Part shown: positions 7,516 through 16,335 of the stretch, in pieces
Numbering within the stretch: position 1 is the stretch's first letter
Layout: each line of letters opens with the position of its first letter
NCBI GenBank assembly: GCA_965202625.1
Contig: CBDBBI010000009.1
Coordinates: 1-18,328, forward strand
DNA: 18,328 bases
From: a bacterium
Lineage (GTDB): Bacteria > UBA8248
Direction of reading: 5' to 3'
Made by a program: the position numbers and the translations under genes
The notes under the pieces: model-generated
Told to the model about the DNA's origin: nothing
Seen by the model: the letters and a program-made list of their open reading frames with translations, nothing else
Databases searched by the model: none

Positions 7516-7808
7516 CGCGCTCCCTCTCTTTCTTGAAAGATGGCGTCCACTCCGCGCCTGGCGCCATAATTTCCCGAAACCGCGCGGCGACAGAGGGACT
7601 ATCGCGCATCCGCGCGGGTCGGGCAAGTTTCGGGCGGTACCCAAGGGGTGCGGCGATGCGGGCGCATTGCATACCCCCTGTTTTCGCTATACATTCACAC
7701 CGCCTCTCTTATGACGTGAAACCAGGGATTCTTCATGGACGCCGGCGGGAAAGCCGTGTTCCCCGCGCGCGCGTCCAGCACACAGCGAACAGAAAAGGAG
7801 ACGACGCG

Positions 7809-8468
7809 ATGATGCGAACCAGCGACGAGATACCCTACAGCGAGCACAACGCGCGCCGAATGCGGCGGGCCTGGACGTGGCGCGAGCAGAGCAGGAAAGC
7901 CGGGTCGGACGAGGAGAAATTCCTTTTTCTGTGGATCGCCTTCAACGCGGCCTACGGCGATGAGCCGACGGGCAGATACGAAGACGCTCCCACCGAGAGC
8001 ATGAAGATCACCGAATTTCTACGGGAGATCATCAAGCGCGATGCGGGGGAAACGATAAGAACCATTCTCTGGGAGACGTATTCGGGGCCGATTCGCATTC
8101 TTCTGGAGAATCACTACGTCTTCAGGCCGTTCTGGCAATACGTGCGCGGCGAGCCTATGGGAGAGGGGTGGCGCAGGCGCTTCGAATCCAGAAAAGAGCG
8201 CACGAGAAGGTCCATCGGAACCGGAGACGTGCACGCCGTGTTCAGGGAAGTGTTCGGGCGGCTGTATCAACTGCGCAACCAGGTGTTCCACGGAGGCGTG
8301 ACTTTCGGCGAAGGATGGGGCCGGACCCAGCTCAGGGATGGTGCCCGCATCATGGAGAAAATCGTTCCGGCGATTCTCGACGTCATGCAGGCCGACATCG
8401 AGAAAAACCCCGACTCGGAGGTTTGGGGAAAAGTCGCCTATCCCCGAGTCGGCGAGAGTCCCTCTTAG
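7809..8468 (+). CDS. HEPN-domain protein (Apea-like)
   Basis: FLFLWIAFNAAYG and LYQLRNQVFHGG (R-x4-H HEPN motif). AAGGAG at 7795-7800 precedes ATG 7809/7812; the longer 7461 start overlaps the divergent cupin gene and is unlikely. Confidence 0.8.
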   Translation: MMRTSDEIPYSEHNARRMRRAWTWREQSRKAGSDEEKFLFLWIAFNAAYGDEPTGRYEDAPTESMKITEFLREIIKRDAGETIRTILWETYSGPIRILLENHYVFRPFWQYVRGEPMGEGWRRRFESRKERTRRSIGTGDVHAVFREVFGRLYQLRNQVFHGGVTFGEGWGRTQLRDGARIMEKIVPAILDVMQADIEKNPDSEVWGKVAYPRVGESPS

Positions 8469-8540
8469 GACGCCGGCGCATCACTCGCCGAAGACGATGC
8501 TTTGTCGTTGCGAAACAAACAACCAAAAAGGAGAAAAAAG

Positions 8541-10046
8541 GTGAAGAAACGCATGGGGACGTTTTCAGCAGTGCTTTTTCTGTTGCTCGCCCTTGCACCA
8601 TCCGCGCCCGCTCTGGCGGCGCAGGTCTCGTGCAAAGAGTGGAACACTCGGACGTTCTTCAAGCGCGCTTCGGCGGCGGACGTCTCCCGCTGTCTGAAGG
8701 CCGGAGCGAACGTGAACGCGCGGGACAAGGACAGATGGACGCCCTTGCACATGGCGGCGGGGTTCAATACGCCCGGTGGCGCGGCCGCGCTCATCAAGGC
8801 CGGAGCGGACGTGAACGCGCGGAACAAATGGGGATTGACGCCCCTGCACCTGGCGGCGGCACAGTTCAGCAAGACGCCCGGTGTCGTAGCAGTGCTCCTG
8901 AAGGCCGGAGCGGACGTGAACGCGCAGGACGAGAAGGGAAGGACGCCCCTGCACCTGGCGGCGCAGTTCAGCAAGACGCCCGGTGTCGTGGCAGCGCTCG
9001 TAAAGGCTGGAGCGGACGTGAACGCGCGGAACGAGGTCGGAGCGACGCCCCTGCACCTGGCGGCGGCATTCAGCGAAACGCCCGGTGTCGTAGCGACGCT
9101 ACTGAAGGCCGGAGCGGACCTGAACGCGCGAACCAAGGACGGAGCGACGCCCCTGCACCTGGCGGCGACGAAAAGCGAGACGCCCGGTGTCGTAGCGGCA
9201 CTCGCGAGAGCCGGAGCGGACCTGAACGCGCGGAGTGAGGACGGATGGACGCCCCTACACGCGGCGGCGGCGCAAAGCAAAACGCCCGGTGTCGTGGCGG
9301 CGCTCCTGAAGGCCGGAGCGGACGCGAACGCGCGGGGCAAGGACGGATGGACGCCCCTGCACGCGGCGGCGGTGTTCAGCAAGACGCCCGAAGTCGTGGG
9401 CGTGCTCCTGAAAGCCGGAGCGAACGTGAACGCGCGGGACGAGGACGGATGGACGCCCCTGCACGCGGCGGCGCAGAACAGCAAGACGCCCGGTGTCGTG
9501 GCGGCGCTCCTGAAGGCCGGAGCGGACGCGAACGCGCGGGGCAAGGACGGATGGACGCCCCTGCACTTGGCGGCGGAGAACAAGACGCCCGGTGTCGTGG
9601 CGACGCTCCTGAAGGCCGGAGCGGACCTGAACGCGCGGGACGAGGACGGATGGACGCCCCTGCACGCGGCGGCGCAGAACAGCAAGACGCCCGGTGTCGT
9701 AGCGGTGCTCGTAAAAGCCGGATCAGACCTGAATGCGCGGGACACTAAATACGGATGGACGTCTCTGCACTGGGCGGCGGCATTCAGCCAGACCCCCGAA
9801 GTCATGGCGACGCTCCTGAAGGCCGGAGCGGACGTGAACACGCGGGACGAGGACGGAGCGACGCCCCTGCACTGGGCGGCGGGGCTTAACAAAACGCCAG
9901 GTGTCGTGGAGGCCTTGCTGAAGGCCGGAGCGAACCCGGCGGCAAAAGACAAAGAAGGCAAAACGCCGTGGGATTACGCGAAAGAAAACGCCGCGCTCAA
10001 GGGAACGAAAGTCTATTGGCGACTGAACGAGGGGAGGTTCAAATAA
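8541..10046 (+). CDS. Secreted ankyrin-repeat protein ANK1 (signal peptide, Cys-pair N-cap, 12 repeats, C-cap)
   Basis: AAGGAG RBS and GTG start; (M)KKRMGTFSAVLFLLLALAPSAPALA-AQ signal; 12 NAR.x.GxTPLHxAA...TPGVVAxLLKAGAD repeats; GKTPWDYAKENAALKGTKVYWRLNEGRFK cap. Confidence 0.93.
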   Translation: MKKRMGTFSAVLFLLLALAPSAPALAAQVSCKEWNTRTFFKRASAADVSRCLKAGANVNARDKDRWTPLHMAAGFNTPGGAAALIKAGADVNARNKWGLTPLHLAAAQFSKTPGVVAVLLKAGADVNAQDEKGRTPLHLAAQFSKTPGVVAALVKAGADVNARNEVGATPLHLAAAFSETPGVVATLLKAGADLNARTKDGATPLHLAATKSETPGVVAALARAGADLNARSEDGWTPLHAAAAQSKTPGVVAALLKAGADANARGKDGWTPLHAAAVFSKTPEVVGVLLKAGANVNARDEDGWTPLHAAAQNSKTPGVVAALLKAGADANARGKDGWTPLHLAAENKTPGVVATLLKAGADLNARDEDGWTPLHAAAQNSKTPGVVAVLVKAGSDLNARDTKYGWTSLHWAAAFSQTPEVMATLLKAGADVNTRDEDGATPLHWAAGLNKTPGVVEALLKAGANPAAKDKEGKTPWDYAKENAALKGTKVYWRLNEGRFK

Positions 10047-10194
10047 AGCGAGCCTCGCAAGGAGGGCGCCGCAGACGCCTTTGCGAATGCGATTCCTCTC
10101 CCCCCCGCCCGGCGGTTTCATGGTGCTGGCGCATCGCCCGCGGGAGACGATGCTTTGTCGTTGCGAAACAACCAACCAAAAAGGAGCCAAAAAG

Positions 10195-12321
10195 ATGAAG
10201 AAACGCATGGGGACGTTTTCAGCAGTGCTTTTTCTGTGCCTCGCCCTTGCACCATTCGCGCCCGCTCTGGCGGCGCAGGTCTCGTGCAAAGAGTGGAACA
10301 CCTGGGTGTTCTTCAAGCGCGCCGGCGCGGCGAACGTTTCCCGCTGCCTGAAGGCCGGAGCAAACGTGAACGCACGGAATGAGTACGGAACAACGCCCCT
10401 GCACCAGGCGGCGGAGCACAGCAAGACGCCCGGTGTCGTAGCGACGCTCCTGAAAGCCGGAGCAGACGTGAACGCGCGGGGTCAGCTTAGAAAGACGCCC
10501 CTGCACACAGCGGCGCCCTGGAATACACCCGAAGTCGTGACGACGCTCCTGAAGGCCGGAGCGGACGTGAACGCGCGGAACGAGTTCAGATGGACGCCTC
10601 TGCACGCGGCGGCACAGTTCAGCAAGACGCCCGGTGTCGTGGCAGCGCTCGTAAAGGCTGGAGCGGACGTGAACGCGCGGGACAAGTACGGAACAACGCC
10701 CCTGCACATGGCGGCACAGTTCAGCGAGACGCCCGGTGTCGTGGCGGCTTTGCTGGATGCCGGAGCAAACCCGGCGTTAGAAGACAGAGAAGGCAAAACG
10801 CCGTGGGATCATGCGAAAAACAACGCCGCCCTTGAGGGGACGGACGTCTATGGGCGGCTGAAAGAGCGGTTCAATGTTCTGGCGGCGCGGATCTCATGCG
10901 AAAAATGGAACACTGGGCTGTTTTTCAGGCGCGCTACCGTGGCGGACGTTTCTCGTTGTATTGCGGCCGGAGCGGATGTGAACGCGCGGGTTAAGGGCTA
11001 TGGAACGACACCCCTGCACTGGGCGGCACAGTGGAACAAAACGCCCGGAGTCGTGGCGGCTCTCCTGGACGCCGGAGCGAGCGTGAGCGCGCGGACCAAG
11101 GACGGAATAACACCCCTGCACCTAGCAGCGACGCACAGCAAGACGCCCGGTGTCGTAGCAGTGCTCGTAAATTCCGGAGCGGACCTAAACGCGCGAGATA
11201 TTAAATACCGAACAACGCCCCTGCACGCGGCGGCGCGGCACAGCACGCCCGATGTCGTGGCGGCTCTCCTGAAGGCCAGGGCGGACGTGAACGCGCGGGG
11301 CAGGTCCGGATGGACGCCTCTGCACGCGGCGGCAGGGTTCAGCAAGACGCCCGAAGTTATAGACGCTCTCCTGAAGGCCGGAGCGGACGTGAACGCGCAG
11401 GACGAGAAGGGAGAGACGCCCCTGCATACGGCGGGGAGTTTTGGGTTCAGCAAAATGCCCGAAGTCGTGGCCGCGCTCGTAAAGGCTGGAGCGGACGTGA
11501 ACGCGCGGGACAAGAAGGGAGGGACGCCCCTGCACACGGCGGCACAGTGGAGCAAGACCCCCGAAGTCGTGGCGGCGCTCGTGAAGGGCGGGGCGAACGT
11601 GAACGCGCGGGACAAGAAGGGATTTACGCCCCTACACAGGGCGGCGATGTTCAGCGAGACGCCCGGTGTCGTAGCGGCACTCGCGAGAGCCGGAGCGGAC
11701 ATGAACGCGCGGACCGAGAACGGAGGGACGCCCCTGCACTACGCGGCGGCGAAGAGCAAGACACCCGGTATCGTAGCGGTGCTCCTGAAAGCCGGAGCGG
11801 ACGTGAACGCGCGGGCCGAGGACGGATTGACGCCCTTGCACGCGGCGGCGTTGAACAGCAAGACGCCCGGTGTCGTGGCCGCTTTGCTGGACGCCGGCGC
11901 AGATATGAACACGCGGGACGAGGACGGAGCGACGCCCCTGCACTACGCGGCGGCGAAGAGCAAGACACCCGGTATCGTAGCGGTGCTCCTGAAAGCCGGA
12001 GCGGACGTGAACGCGCGGGCCGAGGACGGATTGACGCCCTTGCACGCGGCGGCGTTGAACAGCAAGACGCCCGGTGTCGTGGCCGCGCTCGTAAAGGCCG
12101 GAGCGAAGCTGGACGCGCGGACCGACTTCGGATGGACGCCCCTGCACGTCGCGGCGGGGTTCAGCAAGACGCCCTCTGTCGTGAAGGCTTTGCTGGATGC
12201 CGGCGCTAATCTGGCGACAAAAAGCAAAGCAGGCAAAACGCCGTGGGATTACGCGCAAAAAAACGCCGCCCTCAAGGGAACGAAAGTCTATTGGCTGCTG
12301 AACGATGCGCGGTTCAAATAA
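10195..12321 (+). CDS. Secreted ankyrin-repeat protein ANK2, in-frame fusion of two units (4 + 12 repeats)
   Basis: Signal peptide, N-cap, 4 repeats, internal C-cap (GKTPWDHAKNNAALEGTDVYGRLKERF), second N-cap (ISCEKWNT...SRCIAAG), 12 repeats and terminal cap. Confidence 0.93.
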   Translation: MKKRMGTFSAVLFLCLALAPFAPALAAQVSCKEWNTWVFFKRAGAANVSRCLKAGANVNARNEYGTTPLHQAAEHSKTPGVVATLLKAGADVNARGQLRKTPLHTAAPWNTPEVVTTLLKAGADVNARNEFRWTPLHAAAQFSKTPGVVAALVKAGADVNARDKYGTTPLHMAAQFSETPGVVAALLDAGANPALEDREGKTPWDHAKNNAALEGTDVYGRLKERFNVLAARISCEKWNTGLFFRRATVADVSRCIAAGADVNARVKGYGTTPLHWAAQWNKTPGVVAALLDAGASVSARTKDGITPLHLAATHSKTPGVVAVLVNSGADLNARDIKYRTTPLHAAARHSTPDVVAALLKARADVNARGRSGWTPLHAAAGFSKTPEVIDALLKAGADVNAQDEKGETPLHTAGSFGFSKMPEVVAALVKAGADVNARDKKGGTPLHTAAQWSKTPEVVAALVKGGANVNARDKKGFTPLHRAAMFSETPGVVAALARAGADMNARTENGGTPLHYAAAKSKTPGIVAVLLKAGADVNARAEDGLTPLHAAALNSKTPGVVAALLDAGADMNTRDEDGATPLHYAAAKSKTPGIVAVLLKAGADVNARAEDGLTPLHAAALNSKTPGVVAALVKAGAKLDARTDFGWTPLHVAAGFSKTPSVVKALLDAGANLATKSKAGKTPWDYAQKNAALKGTKVYWLLNDARFK
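11727..12086 (+). repeat. Recent internal duplication in ANK2 (156 bp identical, 204-bp period)
   Basis: 11727-11882 is identical to 11931-12086 (TPLHYAAAKSKTPGIV...NARAEDGLTPLHAAALNSKTPGVVA). Confidence 0.85.
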
Positions 12322-12567
12322 AGGGCGCAGCGTAGCCGGACAAAAACATTGCATGGCCCTGGAAAAGCCGTTTTTCGGGGCGTGAAGGGCATTGCAAAAG
12401 CCGTTCAAAGCAGGGCGTCACGCGTGATGGAACCGCAGACGCCTTTGCAAATGCGATATTTCGCATTCTCTCCCATTCGTCGGGGTTTGGCTGGACCGGC
12501 GCATCGCCCGCCGAAGACGATGCTTTGTCGTTGCGAAAGAAACAAACAACCAAAAAGGAGCAAAAAG
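12322..12567 (+). repeat. Long-type intergenic repeat of the ankyrin array (also 16068-16335 and partial 16876-16995)
   Basis: AGGGCGCAG.GTAGCCGGACAAAAACATTGCATGGCC...AAAAGCCGTTCAA.GCAGGGCGTC follows ANK2, ANK6 and ANK7. A medium type follows ANK1 and ANK4 (10047-10194, 13836-13986) and a short type follows ANK3 and ANK5 (12976-13034, 14881-14939). Confidence 0.85.
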
Positions 12568-12975
12568 ATGAAGAAACGCATGGGGACGCCCCTGCACTTG
12601 GCGGCGGTGAAAAGCAAGACGCCCAGTGTCGTGGCAGCGCTCCTGAAAGCCGGAGCGGACGTGAATGCGCGGGACAAGTACGGAATAACACCCCTGCACC
12701 TAGCAGCGCGGTTCAGCAAGACGCCCGGTGTCATAGCGGCTCTCCTGAAGGCCGGAGCAGACGTGAACGCGCGGACCAAGAGGAAAGTGACGCCCCTGCA
12801 CATGGCAGCGTGGGGCGGCAAGACCCCTGAAGTCGTGGCGGTGCTCCTGAAAGCCGGCGCAAACCCGGCGGCAAAAGACCAAACAGGCAAAACGCCGTGG
12901 GATTACGCGAAAGAAAACGCCGCCCTCAAGGGAACAAAAGTCTATTGGCGGCTGAACGAGGGGCGGTTCAAATAA
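12568..12975 (+). CDS. Ankyrin-repeat protein ANK3 lacking signal peptide and N-cap (3 repeats plus C-cap)
   Basis: Same RBS and leader as its paralogs, then MKKRMGT joined directly to PLHLAAVKSK; frame intact to the shared C-cap. Confidence 0.85.
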   Translation: MKKRMGTPLHLAAVKSKTPSVVAALLKAGADVNARDKYGITPLHLAARFSKTPGVIAALLKAGADVNARTKRKVTPLHMAAWGGKTPEVVAVLLKAGANPAAKDQTGKTPWDYAKENAALKGTKVYWRLNEGRFK

Positions 12976-13034
12976 AGGGCGCCTTGAGACGATGCGATGG
13001 CGTTGAGAGCAAGCAACAAAAGAGGAGCAAAAAG

Positions 13035-13835
13035 ATGAAGAAACGCATGGGGACGTTTTCAGCAGTGCTTTTTCTGTTGCTCGCCCTTGCACCATCCGCG
13101 CCCGCTCTGGCGGCGCAGATCTCGTGCGGAGTATGGAACACTGAGGCGTTCTTCGAGCGCGCCTCGGAGGAGGACGTTTCCCGCTGTCTGAAGGCCGGAG
13201 CGGACCTGAACGCGCGGGATACTATGTACGGATGGACGCCCCTGCACCTGGCGGCGATGCACAGCAAGACGCCCGTTGTCGTGACCGCGCTCGTAAAGGC
13301 CGGAGCGGACGTGAACGCGCGGGACTTTGACGAAATGACGCCCCTGCACTACGCGGCGCGGTTCAGCAAGACGCCCGTTGTCGTGACCACGCTCGTAAAG
13401 GCCGGAGCGGACCTGAACGCGCGGAGTAATAGTCTATACGGAGAGACGCCCCTGCACCTGGCGGCGGAGTTCAGCGAGACGCTCGGTGTCGTGGAGGCAC
13501 TTCTGAAGGCCGGAGCGGACGTGAACGCGCGGAACGCGAAGGGATTGACGCCCCTGTACGCGGCGGTGGGGTCCAGCAAGACGCCCGGTGTCGTGGCCGC
13601 GCTCGTAAAGGCCGGAGCGGACGTGAACGCGGGGGATACTAAATACGGATGGACGTCCCTGCACTCGGCGGCGCAAAGCAAGACGCCCGGTGTCGTGGCG
13701 GCTTTGCTGGACGCCGGAGCGAACCCGGCGGCAGAAGACAATGCAGGCAACACGCCATGGGATTACGCGAAAGGAAACGCCGCCCTCAAGGGAACGAAAG
13801 TCTATTGGCGGCTGAACGAGGGGAGGTTCAAATAA
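13035..13835 (+). CDS. Secreted ankyrin-repeat protein ANK4 (5 repeats)
   Basis: GAGGAG RBS, signal peptide, ISCGVWNTEAFFERA N-cap, 5 repeats and C-cap. Confidence 0.92.
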   Translation: MKKRMGTFSAVLFLLLALAPSAPALAAQISCGVWNTEAFFERASEEDVSRCLKAGADLNARDTMYGWTPLHLAAMHSKTPVVVTALVKAGADVNARDFDEMTPLHYAARFSKTPVVVTTLVKAGADLNARSNSLYGETPLHLAAEFSETLGVVEALLKAGADVNARNAKGLTPLYAAVGSSKTPGVVAALVKAGADVNAGDTKYGWTSLHSAAQSKTPGVVAALLDAGANPAAEDNAGNTPWDYAKGNAALKGTKVYWRLNEGRFK

Positions 13836-13986
13836 AGCACGCCTCGCAAGGAGGGCACCGCAGACGTCTTTGCAAATCCGATATTTCGCATTCTCTCCCA
13901 TTCGTCGGGGGTTTTGAAGGGGCCGGCGCATCGCCGGGAATGAGGCGATGACCTTGAGAAGCAAACAAACAAAAAGGAGCAAAAAG

Positions 13987-14880
13987 ATGAGGAAACGCAT
14001 GGGGACGTTTTCGGCGGCGCTTTTTCTGTTGCTCGCCCTTGGGCCATCCGCGCCCGCTCTGGCAGCGCAGATCTCGTGCGGAGTATGGAACACTGAGGCG
14101 TTCTTCGAGCGCGCCGGCGCGGCGGACGTTTCCCGCTGTCTTGCGGCCGGAGCGAACGTGAACGCGCGGGGCCAGATTAGAGAGACGCCCCTGCACCTGG
14201 CGGCGGCGAAAAGCAAAACGCCCGAAGTCGTGACGACGCTCCTGAAGGCCGGCGCGAACGTGAACGCGCGGAACGAGTTCGGATGGACACCCCTGCACAC
14301 GGCGGCAAAGTGGAGCAAGACCCCCGAAGTCGTGACGACGCTCGTAAAAGACGGAGCGGACGTGAACGCGCGGAACGAGTTCAGATGGACACCCTTGCAC
14401 GCGGCGGCACAGTGGAGCAAGACCCCCGAAGTCGTGGCGGTGCTCGTGAAGGGCGGGGCGAACGTGAACGCGCGGAACGAGATCGGATGGACGCCCCTGC
14501 ACGCGGCGGCAGGGTTCAGCGAGACGCCCGGTGTCGCGGCAGTGCTCGTCAACGCCGGAGCGGACCTGAACGCGCGGGACGAATGGGGAGAGACGCCCCT
14601 GCACTACGCGGCGGCGCACAGCAAGACGCACGGAGTTATAGCGGCTCTCCTGAAAGCCGGAGCAGACGTGAACGCGCGGAACGAGAAGGGATGGACGCCC
14701 CTGCACACGGCGGCGGAGTTCAGCCAAACACCCGGTGTCGTAGCGGCTTTGCTGGACGCCGGAGGGGACCCGGCGGCAAAAGACAAAACAGGCAAAACGC
14801 CGTGGAATTACGCGAAAGAAAACGCCGCCCTCAAGGGAGGGGACGCCTATTGGCGGCTGAACGATGCGCGGTTCAAATAA
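13987..14880 (+). CDS. Secreted ankyrin-repeat protein ANK5 (6 repeats)
   Basis: AAGGAG RBS, MRKRMGTFSAALFLLLALGPSAPALA signal, N-cap start shared with ANK4, 6 repeats and C-cap. Confidence 0.92.
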   Translation: MRKRMGTFSAALFLLLALGPSAPALAAQISCGVWNTEAFFERAGAADVSRCLAAGANVNARGQIRETPLHLAAAKSKTPEVVTTLLKAGANVNARNEFGWTPLHTAAKWSKTPEVVTTLVKDGADVNARNEFRWTPLHAAAQWSKTPEVVAVLVKGGANVNARNEIGWTPLHAAAGFSETPGVAAVLVNAGADLNARDEWGETPLHYAAAHSKTHGVIAALLKAGADVNARNEKGWTPLHTAAEFSQTPGVVAALLDAGGDPAAKDKTGKTPWNYAKENAALKGGDAYWRLNDARFK

Positions 14881-14939
14881 AGCGCTCCTTGAGGCGATGC
14901 GATGACGTTAAGAACAAACAACCAAGGAGGAGCAAAAAA

Positions 14940-16067
14940 ATGAAGAAACGCACGGGGACGTTTTCAGCAGTGCTTTTTCTTTTGCTCGCCCTAATGGTCG
15001 GCTGTGCTGCACCCCCTCGGGCGACGCAGCTCCCTCTGGCGGCACAGGTCTGGTGCGAAGGATGGAACACCAAGGCGTTCTTCGAGCGCGCTTCGGCGGC
15101 GGACGTTTCCCGCTGCCTGGAGACCGGAGCGAACGTGAACGCGCGGGACGAGAACGAATTGACGCCCCTGCACACGGCAGCGGTGTTCAGCAGGACGCCC
15201 GAAGTCGTAGCCGCGCTCGTGAACGCCGGAGCGGACGTGAACGCGCGGGCCAAGAGGGGATTGACACCCCTGCACGCGGCAGCGGTGTTCAGCAGGACGC
15301 CCGAAGTCGTGGCAGTGCTCGTGAACGCCGGAGCGGACGTGAACGCGCGCAGCGAGGATGGATGGACGCCCCTGCACGCGGCAGCGGCGAAAAGCAAGAC
15401 GCCCGGTGTCGTGGCAGCACTCGTGAAGGCCGGAGCGGACACGAACGCGCGGGACGAGAAGGGAATGACGCCCCTGTACACGGCGGTGATAGTCAGCCAG
15501 ACGCCCGAAGTCGTGGAGGCTTTGCTGGACGCCGGAGTGGACGTGAACGCGCGGGCCAAGGGCAGAATGACGCCCCTGCACCTGGCGGCGGGGTTCAGCA
15601 AGACGCCTGAAGTCGTGGCAATGCTCGTGAACGCCGGAGCAAACGTGAACGCGCGAAACGAGGATGGATGGACGCCCTTGCATGCGGCGGCGTTGAAAAG
15701 CAAGACGCCGGGTGTCGTAGCGGTTCTCGCGAGAGCCGGAGCGGACGTGAACGCGCGAAACGAGAATGGATTCACGCCCCTGCACGCGGCGGCGGCGGCG
15801 AACAGCAAGACGCCCGGTGTCGTGGCAGCACTCGTGAAGGCTGGAGCAGACGTGAACGCGCGGGGAACTAAATACGGAATGACGCCCCTGCACCTGGCGG
15901 CGGCGAACAGCAAGACGCCCGAAATCATAGCGGCTTTGCTGGATGCCGGAGCGAACCCGACGGCAAAAACCCAAGCAGGCAAAACGCCGTGGGATTACGC
16001 GAAAGAAAACGCCGCGCTCAAGGAAACGAAAGTCTATCGGCGGCTGAATGATGCGCGGTTCAAATAA
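14940..16067 (+). CDS. Ankyrin-repeat lipoprotein ANK6 (8 repeats)
   Basis: GGAGGAG RBS; MKKRTGTFSAVLFLLLALMVG-C lipobox-like Cys22; N-cap, 8 repeats and C-cap. The ORF-track start at 14283 is off-frame read-through from within ANK5. Confidence 0.9.
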   Translation: MKKRTGTFSAVLFLLLALMVGCAAPPRATQLPLAAQVWCEGWNTKAFFERASAADVSRCLETGANVNARDENELTPLHTAAVFSRTPEVVAALVNAGADVNARAKRGLTPLHAAAVFSRTPEVVAVLVNAGADVNARSEDGWTPLHAAAAKSKTPGVVAALVKAGADTNARDEKGMTPLYTAVIVSQTPEVVEALLDAGVDVNARAKGRMTPLHLAAGFSKTPEVVAMLVNAGANVNARNEDGWTPLHAAALKSKTPGVVAVLARAGADVNARNENGFTPLHAAAAANSKTPGVVAALVKAGADVNARGTKYGMTPLHLAAANSKTPEIIAALLDAGANPTAKTQAGKTPWDYAKENAALKETKVYRRLNDARFK

Positions 16068-16335
16068 AGGGCGCAGTGTAGCCGGACAAAAACATTGCAT
16101 GGCCTGGAAAAGCCGTTTTTCGGGGCGTGAACGGCTTGTGAAACGGCCTTGAAAGGGCGTTGCAAAAGCCGTTCAAAGCAGGGCGTCACGCGTGATGGAA
16201 CCGCAGACGCCTTTGCGAATGCGATATTTCGCATCCTCTCTCCCGTTCGGCGGGGTGTTTGGATAGCGCCGGCGCATCGCCCGCCGGAGGCGAGGCGATG
16301 ACGTGAAGAGCAAGCAACAAAAGAGGAGCAAAAAG

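Noticed and set aside
1806-7603. 11-bp direct repeat GAGGGACTATC at 1806-1816 and 7593-7603 as att sites or a target-site duplication
   Set aside because: 11-mer matches are expected by chance in 18 kb, and these would enclose the host-like cupin gene, which conflicts with the boundaries set by the chimeric repeats.
7461-7808. Long N-terminal extensions of the HEPN ORF (from 7461) and cupin ORF (from 7644)
   Set aside because: They would overlap each other head-to-head; good RBS-ATG pairs exist at 7809 (+) and 7515 (-), leaving a plausible divergent promoter region.
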